A program made the position numbers and the translations under genes. Below, piece by piece: positions 62,104 through 64,000 of a DNA stretch of 64,000 nt. The notes below the pieces were generated by a model that worked only from the letters and a program-made list of their open reading frames with translations, did no database searches and had not been told where the DNA came from. The stretch's first letter is position 1; every line of letters starts with the position of its first letter. The DNA lies in the NCBI RefSeq assembly GCF_009914755.1, contig NC_060934.1; one strand, given 5' to 3'. Source of the DNA: the human T2T-CHM13v2.0 reference genome, Homo sapiens.

Positions 62104-63371
62104 TTTGGCAAGGAAGAATGCCTTCCTACTTTAAAAGAATTATAGATTTCCTTTTTCTGTGCGCACATTTCCATGTGCCACAAGTCCATGTGTGTTCTTT
62201 AATTGTCATGCCTTCAAGCTGTGAACTGTTAACGCAGATTACACCATTTTCACTGTCAGGCACCCAAAGCTCTTTATCTTAACTAGGAGAATCCAGTGTC
62301 TTGGTCTGAAACCCAACCTAAAGAAAACAAAATGGGAAAGTTCAGTTAAAACAAAACAAAACAAAACCTTTATTGCATACCATACTTGTTAACTACAATA
62401 AACACCTACACAACAGCATCTCACAAGTGCACTACACTTTGGGATGCATATCTTGTCAAATGTCAAAAAGAACTACTTTTGACTTATCCAAAATATGGTA
62501 CAAGTTTGAATGGCATGCAAACTGGATACACGATTCCAAAATAGTTGTTTTTATTCCTTCTCCGCTTGTCAGGGGACTGTCACCATCCAACGCTTAGTGA
62601 ATAGTTTGAGAAGACAAAGAATTTTAGGACCTTAGAGTTGATCTAATTCAGTTTCCTTCTTCATAGAACAGAAATTGTCTTAGAGAGGCTGAGTGATTAG
62701 ACCAAGGTCACAAGTAACAGGTGAACCAGAATAGAAGGCAAGTCAACGACCTCCCTTTATGAAATTCTAAGCTGCCTCTTATGAAGTCTTGAATTAAGCC
62801 AAGTATGAGTCAGACATGGTCTATGCCATTTGCCTGCAGTCTCCTCCACCCCGCCACCCAAACATCAAGAGAACAGTCAATTTGGCCCAAAAGTAAAGGA
62901 GCGACAGTGAAAGCAAAGAGAGCATGCAAGGAAAGGAAGGGAGGAGATAGAGCGAGAGTGTGTGTGGTGTGTGTGAAATTATGACCAGAAGAGTATATGA
63001 GAAGAACCTGAATTAGAAGATTCGAGGGAAGAAAGAAGAGGAAGTGCCTCCAGGAGCGAGGGAAACGGAAGGCAGGGCGGCGAGCTCCGGAGAGATTTGT
63101 GGAAGGGCATCTCTGCCTGGACTGGATCTGAAGATCTGGAAGAGGATCTGAGCTACATGGATAATACAGACTACCACGCAGCAGACGCTGTTGACTTGTG
63201 CCTCAGTTTCCCGCCCGAGTCATGGAGCAGAGGGCTTAGAAATAAATCCTCACCCAAGGAAGAAATATCCTGGTAAGCCAGGTTGGTCTCAACATTCAGG
63301 AGAGCCTGCTCCCACTCTGGTGGGACAAAGACCACCAAAATCGTGCTTATATTCCCTGCCTTGACTCCCAC

Positions 63372-63600
63372 CTCAGTGTGGTCCCTGGTGTCTGCTCCTC
63401 AGCCATCGCATATCCGGGGCGGCCTGGGCTCACCCGGAACAGATTTTTTCCTCCTTGGATGACTCCGTCATGGACACCTCAGCCCAGGACAAGCAGAGAG
63501 CAAACCCTGGCAGCGAGAGGCTGGAGTGCGGGACCTGCTACAAGCCGAGCACCTCTCGGCCAGCGCCCTCGCCAGGACTCTCCCGCTCAGGCCCCCTGCG
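63372..63600 (-). other. ZDHHC6: Probable ZDHHC6 non-coding exon 1 (5' end approximate)
   Basis: Minus-strand donor CTGAG|gtggga at 63372/63371 inside the CpG island. Alternative donors CCGG|gtgag (63434) and ATAA|gtaagt (63813). Confidence 0.6.
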
Positions 63601-63654
63601 CAGTCTCTGTTACTGTCACTTCCGGAGGTTCGCCGCCTCAAACCTCCCTCCGGA

Positions 63655-64000
63655 AGCAAGCTGCTGTGCCTTGTAGCGTGTGGATCCGGAGCCGATTCCC
63701 AGAACACGAAGGGGGGAAAAAACGCTTCTAATGATCCCTCAGAACTTGCATATTTTCATACGCTTTTCTGGGGGGAGGCACTAATTGGGGCGCTTTTCCT
63801 TTGCGAACTTACTTATCTTAAAGTCGGAGCGGAAAATAAAGCACGCACGCAACCCAATTTCCGGAGAACCGAGATTGCGACGAACAACCAGGAAGCGGCT
63901 GGGTTGAGAGCTGTCCCCGGTTCTCCGTTCTGCTCTCGGGGGCACCTTCCGGGGTTCCTAAGCCGCGGGGCCCCTCGCTGCCCCTCGAGGCCCTTTCCCT
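63655..64000 (+). other. VTI1A: Probable 5' leader / exon 1 of VTI1A (start codon beyond the window end)
   Basis: Known head-to-head ZDHHC6/VTI1A arrangement, and the last bases resemble the VTI1A leader as I recall it. No VTI1A coding sequence is visible, so this rests on prior knowledge. Confidence 0.55.

Larger units (their letters stand above)
63050..64000. promoter_or_regulatory. CpG island; bidirectional promoter of ZDHHC6 and VTI1A
   Basis: GC- and CpG-rich, TATA-less, several ETS cores (CACTTCCGG 63617-63625, CCGGAAG 63650-63656, others near 63858, 63889 and 63945). Confidence 0.85.

Noticed and set aside
63171-63731. ORFs in the terminal CpG island
   Set aside because: Expected in GC-rich promoter DNA; no homology recognised, most lack a true ATG

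Overview
Primate (almost certainly human, chr10q25.2) genomic DNA with two complete spliced coding sequences arranged tail-to-tail. On the + strand is ACSL5 (long-chain acyl-CoA synthetase 5): 20 GT-AG coding exons from ATG 11971 to TAG 44038, 2052 nt = 683 aa, AATAAA at 45039. Its first exon and promoter lie upstream of the window. On the - strand is ZDHHC6 (ER palmitoyl-S-acyltransferase): 10 coding exons from ATG 62103 to TAG 47483, 1242 nt = 413 aa, AATAAA at 47001-47006. The window ends in a CpG island that looks like the ZDHHC6/VTI1A bidirectional promoter. The rest is intron or intergenic DNA with about 35 Alus, old L1/L2/MIR, MaLR and MER52 LTRs, Tigger/hAT fossils and microsatellites. 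Nearly all ORFs in the supplied track are Alu or low-complexity artefacts, or exon read-throughs. I found no new protein-coding gene, CRISPR array or novel enzyme system. The best leads are RNA-level and regulatory: a candidate 54-nt RBFOX-flanked poison exon in ZDHHC6; a candidate ZDHHC6 3'UTR intron and distal terminal exon antisense to ACSL5 exon 18; a stacked uORF/overlapping-ORF leader on ZDHHC6; a 49-bp-arm non-Alu fold-back hairpin in ACSL5 intron 18; an inverted-Alu-flanked, frame-preserving exon 15-17 module; a tailless 5S rRNA retrocopy; and a mirror-symmetric ETS pair in the promoter. Some may already be annotated, which I could not check. Repeat family names and boundaries are by eye and approximate.
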